From: an uncultured Chloroflexia bacterium
GTDB lineage: Bacteria > Chloroflexota > Limnocylindria > Limnocylindrales > CSP1-4
DNA: 64,000 nucleotides
Direction: 5' to 3'
Assembly (NCBI GenBank): GCA_963746845.1
Contig: CAVVCZ010000004.1
Location: 384,001-448,000, forward strand
Positions 18,432 through 27,233 of this stretch are shown piece by piece; position 1 is the stretch's first letter; each line of letters opens with the position of its first letter. The position numbers and the translations under genes were made by a program. Below the pieces are notes generated by a model, which was given only the letters and a program-made list of their open reading frames with translations, ran no database searches and had not been told where the DNA came from.

Positions 18432-19685
18432 TCAGGCGCCGCTCGTCGCGGCCGGCTCGTCCGTGCCGCTGGTCTCTGACGGCGCACCCACGCCGCTGGG
18501 TTGGGCGGTGTCATCGTCGGCGGATGGCACGACGAAGCTGTGGTCCGGAGCCCACGTGAGCTGGACCTTGTCGCCGCGTGCCCACAGCTCGCTGCGGGTC
18601 GCCCGCTCGACGTTCTGCTCGTACACGGTCAGATTGCCCGCCGGCGACTCGACGAGGTACTGGGTGCTCACGCCCAGGTACGACGCGTCGCGGACGGTGC
18701 CGCTCATCCGGTTGTGGCCGGCCGGCCCCGCCGTCTCGGGATCGCTGAGGCGGATCTTCTCCGGACGAACGCCGATGCCGATCCGCGTCTTGCCGTTGGT
18801 CAGGGCCCGCGGGATCCGGACGGTCGTGTCGTCGCCGAGGCGGGCGCTCGTGTACGAGTCGTCGGATCCGACGATCGTCGCGGCGAGCAGGTTGCTGACC
18901 CCGAGGAACCCGGCGACGAAACGGCTCGTGGGCCGTTCGTAGAGGGCCTCGGGGTCACCGAGCTGCTCGTACTTCCCCTGGTTCATCACGGCGATGCGAT
19001 CGGACATCGTCATCGCCTCCTCCTGGTCGTGGGTCACGTAGATGAACGTGATCCCGACCTCCTGCTGGATCCGCTTCAGCTCGACCTGCATCTGCTTGCG
19101 CAGCTTCAGGTCCAGCGCCCCGAGCGGCTCGTCGAGCAGCAGCACCGCGGGCCGGTTGATCAGGGCCCGGGCGAGCGCGACGCGCTGCGCCTGCCCACCG
19201 GAGATCTGGGTCGGCTTGCGGCCCTCGAAGCCCGGCAGCTCGACGAGGCGGAGCATGTCCGTGACCCGGGTCTTCACCTCGGGCCCCTTGATGCCCTTGC
19301 GGCGCAGGCCGAAGGCGACGTTCTCGAAGATCGTCAGGTGGGGGAAGAGGGCGTAGTTCTGGAAGACCGTGTTGACGTTGCGCTTGAACGGCGGCAGCCA
19401 CGTGACGTCCTGGCCCTGGAGCTCGATCAGCCCGGAGGTCGCCTGCTCGAAGCCGCCGATCATCCGGAGGGTCGTCGTCTTGCCGCAGCCCGATGGCCCG
19501 AGCAGGCTGAAGAACTCGCCGATGCGGACCTCGAGGTTGATGTGATCGACGGCATACGTGTCGCCGAACTTCTTGACGACATCGACGAGGCGGACGTCGA
19601 CCTCAGGCAACTTGTGCACTCCCCAGAGGCCGGAACGCCTCGACCGGCCGACGACGACCAGCTGCGCGTCCCGGGGGACACCCAC
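18432..19685 (-). CDS. potA: Polyamine ABC transporter ATP-binding subunit (PotA-like)
   Basis: [23 protein letters not shown] and a TOBE tail. GTG 19685 has a GGAGGAGG RBS; TTG 19610 is an alternative start. Confidence 0.85.
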   Translation of the reverse strand: MGVPRDAQLVVVGRSRRSGLWGVHKLPEVDVRLVDVVKKFGDTYAVDHINLEVRIGEFFSLLGPSGCGKTTTLRMIGGFEQATSGLIELQGQDVTWLPPFKRNVNTVFQNYALFPHLTIFENVAFGLRRKGIKGPEVKTRVTDMLRLVELPGFEGRKPTQISGGQAQRVALARALINRPAVLLLDEPLGALDLKLRKQMQVELKRIQQEVGITFIYVTHDQEEAMTMSDRIAVMNQGKYEQLGDPEALYERPTSRFVAGFLGVSNLLAATIVGSDDSYTSARLGDDTTVRIPRALTNGKTRIGIGVRPEKIRLSDPETAGPAGHNRMSGTVRDASYLGVSTQYLVESPAGNLTVYEQNVERATRSELWARGDKVQLTWAPDHSFVVPSADDDTAQPSGVGAPSETSGTDEPAATSGA

Positions 19686-19719
19686 CGGCGGACCTCCTCC
19701 GTCCGTCGTCGGCAGGCCG

Positions 19720-19749
19720 AGAATAGGTGCCGCCTGAGGAGGGTGTCAA
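19720..19749 (-). promoter_or_regulatory. Sigma70-type promoter of the pot operon
   Basis: Minus strand TTGACA-18 nt-TATTCT. Confidence 0.75.
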
Positions 19750-19786
19750 GAACGCGAACTGCGAGCGTGGATGCACGCCGGCACCA

Positions 19787-19802
19787 CGAGATTCGAATCT
19801 CG
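19787..19802. promoter_or_regulatory. Perfect 16-bp palindrome, candidate operator
   Basis: CGAGATTCGAATCTCG, about 40 bp upstream of the pot -35. Confidence 0.55.
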
Positions 19803-19980
19803 CAGCACGCCTTTCCGCAGTGATTCGCAGGCGTCGCGGGAGCCGTCGACCCGGTCCGAGCGGCCTGGACCGCAGCGGGGCCCGTTCGTGCAAGCCGCGG
19901 TACGATGCGGATATCGACACACGCCTCGTCAGAAGGTCCGTCCCCAGGCCGTCCCCGCCACGCTCCGAGGTTCCGCCCGC

Positions 19981-21060
19981 ATGTCCAACCTGACCGAAAG
20001 CGCCATCACCGACGCGCTCCGCCGGGTCCAGGAGCCCGAGCTCGGCCGGGACATCGTGTCCCTCGAGATGGTCAAGGCGATCGCCATCGACGGAACCGCG
20101 GTCGCCTTCACGATCGAGCTGACAACCCCGGCCTGCCCGCTCAAGGACGAGATCGAGGGCAACGCGCGCGCCGTCCTCACCGAGCTCGGCGCGACGAAGG
20201 TCGACATCACCTGGGGCGCGATGGTCCGGCGGGCCGCGCCGCGGACCGCGGAGCAGCTCCTCCCCAACGTGAAGAACATCATCGCCGTGGGGTCGGGCAA
20301 GGGCGGCGTGGGGAAGAGCACCGTGAGCGTCAACCTCGCGGTCGCGCTGGCCCAGGCGGGCGCGGCGGTCGGGCTCCTCGACGCGGACATCACCGGGCCG
20401 AACATCCCGATGATGCTCGGCGTCGACGGTCAGCCGAAGGCGAGCGACAACAACAAGATCACGCCGCTCGAGCGTCACGGCGTGAAGTGCATCTCGATCC
20501 AGTTCTTCGTCCCCGAGGGCCAGCCGATCGTCTGGCGTGGACCGCTCGTCGGCGGGGCGATCCAGCAGTTCCTTCGCGACGTCGACTGGGGCGATCTCGA
20601 CTACCTCGTCGTCGACCTGCCGCCGGGGACATCGGACGCCCAGCTGACGCTCGCCCAGTCCGTCCCGCTCAGCGGTGCGGTGCTCGTCACGACGCCCCAG
20701 GAGGTCGCGCTGAGCGACGTCGGCAAGGCCCTCGCGATGTTCAAGCGCCTGTCCGTGCCGATCCTCGGGCTCGTCGAGAACATGACCGCGTTCGCCTGCC
20801 CGCACTGCGGCGAGCTGACCGAGATCTTCGGCCGCGGGGGCGGAGAGCGGTTCTGCCAGACCCACGGCCTGGACTTCCTGGGCGGCGTGCCGCTCGACGT
20901 GACCGTCCGCCAGGGCGGCGACGTCGGCGTGCCGGCGGTCGCCCAGCGCGAGCCGGGTCCGGCAGCCCGCGCCCTGACGGCGGTCGCCGGGGCCGTGGCC
21001 GCGCGGATGAGCGTCCGTGCGGCGACCGCGGACCAGCAGCCCCTCCTTTCGATCAGTTGA
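19981..21060 (+). CDS. mrp: Mrp/NBP35 Fe-S cluster carrier ATPase
   Basis: N-terminal TTPACP domain, GKGGVGKST, DLPPGTSD and CPHC. Confidence 0.9.
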   Translation: MSNLTESAITDALRRVQEPELGRDIVSLEMVKAIAIDGTAVAFTIELTTPACPLKDEIEGNARAVLTELGATKVDITWGAMVRRAAPRTAEQLLPNVKNIIAVGSGKGGVGKSTVSVNLAVALAQAGAAVGLLDADITGPNIPMMLGVDGQPKASDNNKITPLERHGVKCISIQFFVPEGQPIVWRGPLVGGAIQQFLRDVDWGDLDYLVVDLPPGTSDAQLTLAQSVPLSGAVLVTTPQEVALSDVGKALAMFKRLSVPILGLVENMTAFACPHCGELTEIFGRGGGERFCQTHGLDFLGGVPLDVTVRQGGDVGVPAVAQREPGPAARALTAVAGAVAARMSVRAATADQQPLLSIS

Positions 21061-21084
21061 TCGTCCCGGTCGCACCGCCTGCGA

Positions 21085-21109
21085 CCGCACCGCACCGCTC
21101 CGCACCGCA
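21085..21109 (+). repeat. Pentamer tandem repeat (CCGCA)x5, one variant unit
   Basis: ccgca ccgca ccgct ccgca ccgca, intergenic. Confidence 0.7.
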
Positions 21110-21225
21110 CCCGCTCGGCGCGTCCGGTCACCACCCGGCCCTCGAGCGCGGCCGCCGCGCGGGGTAGACTCGCCTTCCGGGCAGGTCGCGCGCGGCCGCT
21201 CGGACCGGTAGGGGAGGCGTGTCGA

Positions 21226-23361
21226 GTGCGCTGTCCGGCGTGCGGGGCCGACGCGGGGCCGGCGGCCCGGTTCTGTGCCCAATGCGGTTCCCGACTGTCG
21301 ACGTCGACGTCGAAGTCGACGCCGACGCCGGCCGGCAGTGTGCCGCCGACGGACGTCGTGGCCGTCATGGGCGCCACGGGAGCCGCCGGCGATCGCCGGG
21401 TGGTGACGGCCCTCTTCGCGGACCTCGTCGACTACGTCCGGCTGGTCGCCGAGCACGATCCCGAGGAGGTCCGCCGGCGGGTCGGGGCGGCGCTCGCGGC
21501 GATGGACGAGGCGATCGAGCGGTTCGACGGCACCCGGGAGAAGTTCATCGGCGATGCGGTGTTCGCGGTCTTCGGCTGGCCGGCCGCCCACGACGACGAC
21601 GCGCTCCGGGCGACCCATTGCGCCCTCGCGATCCGGGACGCGCTCGCCCGGCTCGGCGACGTGACCGGTGAGGCGCTCCAGGTGCGGATCGGGCTGGCGA
21701 CCGGCGAGGTCGTCGCGGCCCCGCGTGGCGTGCCAGGCGAGATGGACTGGTCCCTGACCGGTCCGGCGATCACGACGGCCGCCCGGCTCCAGGGCCTCGC
21801 CGGCCCGGGTGAGATCCTCCTCGACGAGCCGACCCGGCGCGCGGCCCGCAAGCGCCTTGCCGTCGAGGACCTCGGGGAGCGTCTCCTGCGCGGCCAGCGC
21901 CATCCGGTCCGGATCAGCCGCCTCGTCGGGGAGACCGGGTTCCAGCCCTGGCAGCCGCCGAGTGGCCGGCTCGTGGGCCGCGACACCGAGCGCGATCGGC
22001 TGAGCCGGCTCCTCGGCCGGCTCCGCGCGGACCACCATGGCGGTGCCGCCGTCGTCCGGGGCGAGGCGGGGATCGGGAAGTCGCGGCTGCTCGCAGATCT
22101 CGAGGGGGAGGCGCGCGCCGCGGGTCTCGCGTGGACCTGGGTCGACAACGTCTCGTACGGCCAGGCCGAGCCGTACCGGTTCGGCCGGTCGCTCGCCCAG
22201 GCCATTGCGGACGAGCACGGGATGGATTCCGGCTCGTACGTCCGCCGGCTGCTCTTCACCGGCGACGTCGACCCGGACGATCTGCGCCGGTGGGCCGGGG
22301 GGATCGCCGCGATCGCGCGGGACGCCGCGTTCTCCGGCTGGGAGGCGGAAGCGGAGCTTGTCCCGCCCGATCCGGCCGACGTCGCCAGCGCGATCCGTTC
22401 CCTCGCGCTCGCGTATCTGGATCGCCTGCTCGATCTCGACGGGCCGCGTGTCGTCGTCATCGACGACCTCCATTGGCTGGACGCGTCGAGCGCCGGCATC
22501 TTCGAGGAGCTAGTCGGCGTGACGGCCCGTGCCCCGCTGGTCCTGCTCGTCGGGAGCCGCCCGGAAGGGGTCACGTACCCGTTCCTCGATCGGCCGGGGG
22601 TCCTCCACCTCGAGCTGACCGGGCTCGACGTGCGACAGACCGGCGAGCTGGCCGGCGAGGTCTCCGGCGCCGTGGTGGACGCCGACGACGCGCAGCGGCT
22701 CCACCTCCGGACGAGCGGCAATCCGCTGTTCATCGGCGAGACGGTCCGGGCGTTCGTCGACGAGGGTGCGATCACCGACGACGGTCGGCTCGACGTGGGC
22801 GGGGCCGCATCCGCGGACCTGCCCGTCACCCTCCGGGCCATCCTCGGGAGCCGGATCGACGCCCTGTCGGCGGACAGCCGGAGCGTCCTTCGCGTCGGCG
22901 CGGTGATCGGGATGTCGTTCCGTGAGCCGGTCGTCGGCGACGTGATCGGCGAGCCGGTCGATCCGGCGCTGTACGAGCGGCTGGCGGAGGCGGCGATGAT
23001 CGTTCCGATCGACGCCACCGGAGGATGGCGGTTCTGCCACCCGTTGATCCACGACGCGGCGTACCGCAGCCTGCTCGCGACCGACCGGGCAATCCTCCAC
23101 ACCCGCATCGCGGACCGGCTCGAGGCCCGTCAGCCGTCCGGCCCGGTCGCGGCCATCGCGCGCCACCGGGCGGCGGCGGGTGATGCCACGCGCGCCATCC
23201 CGCTCCTGATCCGGGCTGCCGACCACGCGGTCGCCATGGCCGCTCCGACGGAGGCCGCAGGCTACCTGGAGACGGCCGCGGGGCTGGAGATGGACCCGAA
23301 CGTCGCGGCCGGGCTGCGCCAGCGAGCGACGGACGTCCGGGGGATGGCGCTCGTCCGCTGA
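21226..23361 (+). CDS. Zinc-ribbon + class III adenylate/guanylate cyclase + AAA ATPase protein
   Basis: CPAC...CAQC; LFADLVD, KFIGDAV and AARLQ; Walker A GEAGIGKS; Walker B DDLHWLD; SGNPLF. Confidence 0.85.
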   Translation: MRCPACGADAGPAARFCAQCGSRLSTSTSKSTPTPAGSVPPTDVVAVMGATGAAGDRRVVTALFADLVDYVRLVAEHDPEEVRRRVGAALAAMDEAIERFDGTREKFIGDAVFAVFGWPAAHDDDALRATHCALAIRDALARLGDVTGEALQVRIGLATGEVVAAPRGVPGEMDWSLTGPAITTAARLQGLAGPGEILLDEPTRRAARKRLAVEDLGERLLRGQRHPVRISRLVGETGFQPWQPPSGRLVGRDTERDRLSRLLGRLRADHHGGAAVVRGEAGIGKSRLLADLEGEARAAGLAWTWVDNVSYGQAEPYRFGRSLAQAIADEHGMDSGSYVRRLLFTGDVDPDDLRRWAGGIAAIARDAAFSGWEAEAELVPPDPADVASAIRSLALAYLDRLLDLDGPRVVVIDDLHWLDASSAGIFEELVGVTARAPLVLLVGSRPEGVTYPFLDRPGVLHLELTGLDVRQTGELAGEVSGAVVDADDAQRLHLRTSGNPLFIGETVRAFVDEGAITDDGRLDVGGAASADLPVTLRAILGSRIDALSADSRSVLRVGAVIGMSFREPVVGDVIGEPVDPALYERLAEAAMIVPIDATGGWRFCHPLIHDAAYRSLLATDRAILHTRIADRLEARQPSGPVAAIARHRAAAGDATRAIPLLIRAADHAVAMAAPTEAAGYLETAAGLEMDPNVAAGLRQRATDVRGMALVR

Positions 23362-23365
23362 CCGG

Positions 23366-24193
23366 TCAGTTCAGCGGCGCCTGCGCAAGGCCCGGGCTGG
23401 CCGTGGTGCCGCCGCCGCTCGCCTCCTCGGGATCGGTGTGATGCTCGACCTCGATCCGGAGGCCCGGGTGGCCGGCAACGGCTCCCGGCCGCGCGGCGCA
23501 GGCGCCGTCGATCCGGGGGCGGAGCTCGGCGCGGAAGTGGACGAGGACCACCTGCGCCGCACCGGCGCGGTCGGCCATGTCGAGCGCTTCCTCGGGCGTC
23601 AGGTGTCCGCGTCGCGGGTCGTCGAACTCGGAGCTCACGAGGGTCGCCTCCGCGACGAACAGGTCCGCCCCGCGGGCGGCCTCGACGAAGCGATCACTCG
23701 GCCCGGTGTCGCCCGAGATCGCGATCGTGGCCCCGGCGGCATCCCTGATCACGCACCCCCACGCCGGGACGTAGTGCTGGCCCTCGACGAACGTGATCGT
23801 GAGGTCGCCGACGTGGAGACGATGGTCCGGGTCGTACTCGAGGACGCTGTAGGCGTCGTCGAAGAAGTGCGGTCGCTCGCTGATCCCGATGGCGAGCGCG
23901 TCGAGCCGGGCCTTGCCGCCGGGCGGCAGCAGGACGGGCATGTGCTCGCCGGCGACGCCCTCCCACGGCAGCAGGTAGCGGAGCGACACCAGGTCGATGT
24001 AGTGGTCGGCGTGCATGTGACCGATCACGATCGCGTCGAGCTCACGCGGATCGCGGATCGACATCAGCTCCCGGATGATCCCCTGGCCGCAGTCGACGAG
24101 CAGCGCCGTCTCGTCCGTCTCGATCAGCAGGCCGGATGCCGGAGTCTCGGGCTGTGGCTGGGAGGTCCCGCTCCCGACCACGGTCAGGCGCAC
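23366..24193 (-). CDS. MBL-fold metallo-hydrolase (RNase Z / cyclic-nucleotide phosphodiesterase-like)
   Basis: RLTVVGSG, VDCGQG, HMHADH, SGDTG, EAT, GHL and LVH motifs. Confidence 0.85.
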   Translation of the reverse strand: MRLTVVGSGTSQPQPETPASGLLIETDETALLVDCGQGIIRELMSIRDPRELDAIVIGHMHADHYIDLVSLRYLLPWEGVAGEHMPVLLPPGGKARLDALAIGISERPHFFDDAYSVLEYDPDHRLHVGDLTITFVEGQHYVPAWGCVIRDAAGATIAISGDTGPSDRFVEAARGADLFVAEATLVSSEFDDPRRGHLTPEEALDMADRAGAAQVVLVHFRAELRPRIDGACAARPGAVAGHPGLRIEVEHHTDPEEASGGGTTASPGLAQAPLN

Positions 24194-24392
24194 GACGGTA
24201 GCCCGGAAGCGCTGAGCATGGAGCGGATCGTACGCATCCGCGCGACAGGGCGTCGAGTCGAAACGGGACGAGTGACCTGTCACGCGTCCGACAACGTCGG
24301 TACCAGGACCCCGACGGGCCGATCCGCGCGTCAACGCCGAACCTGCGTCGCTGGGCAGGATCGCCCGGTTCTGACGCGGTACGATCCGGACC

Positions 24393-25094
24393 ATGGTCGA
24401 CGTCGCATCCATGACCGACACGCTCGCGGCCGTCCCGCTCTTCGCGGGGCTCGACGAGGGCGGCCTCGAGAACCTGATCCGCGGGATGCGAGTGCGTCGG
24501 TTCCGGCGCGGGGAGACCGTCTTCCACGTCGGCGATCCGGGTGACGCGCTGTTCATCGTGATCTCGGGCTCGATCAAGATCACGTTGCCCGCGGACACCG
24601 GCGACGAGGCGATCCTCGCGACGCTCCGGCCGGGCGACTTCTTCGGCGAGCTCGCGCTGCTCGACGGGGCGCCGCGGAGCGCGACGGCGATCGCGATCGA
24701 GGCGACCGAGACGTACATCCTCCCGCGCGACCGGTTCCGGGCCCTGATCGCGACGGAGCCCCTCATGCGCGACACCGTCCTTGCGACGCTCGCCGCCGAG
24801 GTCCGCCGCCTGACCCACCATGTCGAGGAGCTGCACTTCCTCGACATCACGGGGCGTCTGGCGTCGCGCCTTGCGCGCCTCGCGAACGAGAGCGGCGCGA
24901 CACGCCTGCCCGACGGGACGATCCGTCTCGCGGGGCCGCTCACCCAGGGCGACCTCGCGGCGATGATCGGCTGCACCCGCCAGAGCGTGAACAAGCTGCT
25001 CGGGATGTTCACGGACGACGGGCTGATCCGCCTCGACCGCGACCGGATCGTCGTCCTGGACCTCGACGGGCTCCTGCGCGCGGCCCATCGCTGA
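24393..25094 (+). CDS. Crp/Fnr family transcriptional regulator
   Basis: cNMP pocket FFGELALLDGAPRSATA; HTH TQGDLAAMIGCTRQSVNK. Confidence 0.9.
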   Translation: MVDVASMTDTLAAVPLFAGLDEGGLENLIRGMRVRRFRRGETVFHVGDPGDALFIVISGSIKITLPADTGDEAILATLRPGDFFGELALLDGAPRSATAIAIEATETYILPRDRFRALIATEPLMRDTVLATLAAEVRRLTHHVEELHFLDITGRLASRLARLANESGATRLPDGTIRLAGPLTQGDLAAMIGCTRQSVNKLLGMFTDDGLIRLDRDRIVVLDLDGLLRAAHR

Positions 25095-25107
25095 CCCGCG
25101 GCCGGCG

Positions 25108-26316
25108 TCAGCGGCCGGGGGGATGCTCCCGGAGGGCCGTCAGGGCGACGTGGACCGCGGCGAGGGCGGCGCGACTCCGGCCGTTGGCGCCGCCGAGGAA
25201 CACGATCCGGCGCTCGCGATGGACCCAGTCCGGCCCGACGACGACGACCGAGACGGCCGTGTCCGAGCCGCGGGCCCGGGCGCGGACCGCGATCCCGTGG
25301 GTCGCCTCGCCGAGCTCCCGCCCGCGCCGGGCGAGGTGCTCGAGGGCCGTCGGCGTCCCATGGGCCTTCGCCGTCGCCGTCCCTGCGCCGACTGCCTCGG
25401 CGAACGTCAGCCAGTCACGATCCCCGAGCAATGCGGCCAGCGAGCCGGCGGTCCCGACCTCGACCACTGCGAGGGAGCCTCGTCGCTCCCCGAGCGCGGC
25501 TCCGATCGCCTCGGCCCAGCTGGTCGCGCCCTCCGCCCACACGTGGCCGGCGAGGATCGTCGCGATCCGATCCGCATGCTCGTTCACGCGCACGGCCGGC
25601 GGTGATCCGTCCGCGCCCATACCACGGGCAGAGATCCGGACGTCGACGGCATCCGATCGCGCGTAGGTCGCTACCACCGGATCGGTCGCGCGGAGCAGCG
25701 CCTCACCGAGCAGCTCGGCGACCTGCGACTCGCCGATCCCCGCCAGGCGGAGGGTCCGGCTCGCGACGAGCGCGCCGAGACCGCGGGCGGCCAGCCGCGG
25801 CAAGACCTCGCCCGACCACATCGGACCCATCTCCCTGGGCGGCCCGGGCATCGCGACGATCAGCCCCCCGTCCGCTCGCTCGACCCACCAGCCGGGCGCG
25901 GTCCCGTTCGGGTTTGCGAGCGCGGCGGCCGACGGGACCAGCCAGGCCTGCTTGAGGTTCATCGCGGGGAAGGGGAGCCCGCGGCGCGACCAGATCTCGC
26001 GCAGCCACGTCTCCAGGCCCGGATCGACGGCCGGCGTCTCGCCGATGGCGCCGGCGATCGCCTCGCGGGTCAGGTCGTCGGGCGTCGGTCCGAGGCCGCC
26101 CGTGGAGACCATGAGATCTGCCCGGCCGGCACCGTCCCGGAACGCCCCGAGCACGGCCTCCAGGTCGTCCGGCAGGGCGACGATCCGGCGGACCGCGACG
26201 CCCAGCTCGGTCAGGGAGCGCGCAAGGTCGCCGGCGTTGGTGTCCCGCGTCTCGCCGACGGTCAGCTCCGTCCCGATGCTCAGGATCTCGGCGGTCAGGA
26301 TCGGGCGTGTGGCCAC
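25108..26316 (-). CDS. cinA: CinA family protein (MoCF domain + degenerate PncC domain)
   Basis: IGTEL..GETRDTN, GGLGPTPDDLTRE, NPNGTAPG and MPGPPREM motifs. Confidence 0.85.
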   Translation of the reverse strand: MATRPILTAEILSIGTELTVGETRDTNAGDLARSLTELGVAVRRIVALPDDLEAVLGAFRDGAGRADLMVSTGGLGPTPDDLTREAIAGAIGETPAVDPGLETWLREIWSRRGLPFPAMNLKQAWLVPSAAALANPNGTAPGWWVERADGGLIVAMPGPPREMGPMWSGEVLPRLAARGLGALVASRTLRLAGIGESQVAELLGEALLRATDPVVATYARSDAVDVRISARGMGADGSPPAVRVNEHADRIATILAGHVWAEGATSWAEAIGAALGERRGSLAVVEVGTAGSLAALLGDRDWLTFAEAVGAGTATAKAHGTPTALEHLARRGRELGEATHGIAVRARARGSDTAVSVVVVGPDWVHRERRIVFLGGANGRSRAALAAVHVALTALREHPPGR

Positions 26317-26508
26317 GTCGGCAGCCTATCGCACGGGATCCCGGGTCCGTGCCGGCGCTGCGGCCCGCACGCGCGCGTTGCCACCCCGCACACTGAGTAC
26401 CATCGGGCCGGGTGTCACGGAACCTTCGCGCGGTGCCGTCCGGCGATCGCGCGGCGGAACCTCCCGACACGGATCCGGCGTCGTCCGGGTCCGCGGCTGA
26501 GGTGGCCG

Positions 26509-27159
26509 ATGCACGAGATCGAGCGAAGCGGGTTCTCGGAGTTCGATCGCTGGCTCGGGCTGGCGAAGCGGACGCGCGAGCTGCTCGACGCCGCGCTCGG
26601 TGAGGGCGAGCTGCCGCTGGGCGGCGCCGACTACCTCGCCGACCGGACGCTGCCTCACCTCGAGAGCGTGCAGGCCGGGTTCGTGGGCTGGCTCCGATCC
26701 GATGCGGCCGGGGTCGACGAGCTGCGCTACCTGCTCGGCCGCGTGGCGGCGATCCGGGTGGATGCGCCCGCGAACAATGCCGAGCGACGGGCCGCCGCGG
26801 CGGAGGCCGCCGCCGAGCACGCGTTCGCGAGCCGCGAGGGGCGTCGACCGGCGGCGCTGCGGATCGCCGAGCCGTGGAGCCTCGCGGCCCTCGGCCACGC
26901 ACGGGTCGTGCTGGCGATGCTGCCCCGGATCGCGGACGACGCGGTCCGCTACCCGGCAGGGCGGCGAACGTATGCCGACATCTCCGCGCCGCGCGGCCCG
27001 GCCGAGCTGTCCGATCGGCTCGAGGAGCTGGAGCGCTCGCTATGGCACACGGCCACCGGCCACCGGCCCGATCCGACCGATCCGGCGTTCCGCCGCTCGT
27101 ACGGGTTCTTCGACGCGGCCGACCGGCTCGGCCGCTCGGCGTTCGGGATCGCCGCCTGA
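26509..27159 (+). CDS. Hypothetical protein
   Basis: GAGGT RBS; 216-aa ORF with host-like codon bias. Confidence 0.65.
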   Translation: MHEIERSGFSEFDRWLGLAKRTRELLDAALGEGELPLGGADYLADRTLPHLESVQAGFVGWLRSDAAGVDELRYLLGRVAAIRVDAPANNAERRAAAAEAAAEHAFASREGRRPAALRIAEPWSLAALGHARVVLAMLPRIADDAVRYPAGRRTYADISAPRGPAELSDRLEELERSLWHTATGHRPDPTDPAFRRSYGFFDAADRLGRSAFGIAA

Positions 27160-27233
27160 CGAGAGGACGTCGCGGCGCCGCGGCGGGGTATCATCCCGGG
27201 GTTCCCTGATCCCTGCCCACTGGGAGCCCGGCC

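Noticed and set aside
21085-21109. (CCGCA)n as a phase-variation tract
   Set aside because: Short, imperfect and well upstream of the putative -10 at 21165, so no mechanism is evident.
24272-24283. Canonical Crp box between the hydrolase and crp
   Set aside because: GTGA-N4-TCAC spacing does not fit the N6 consensus.
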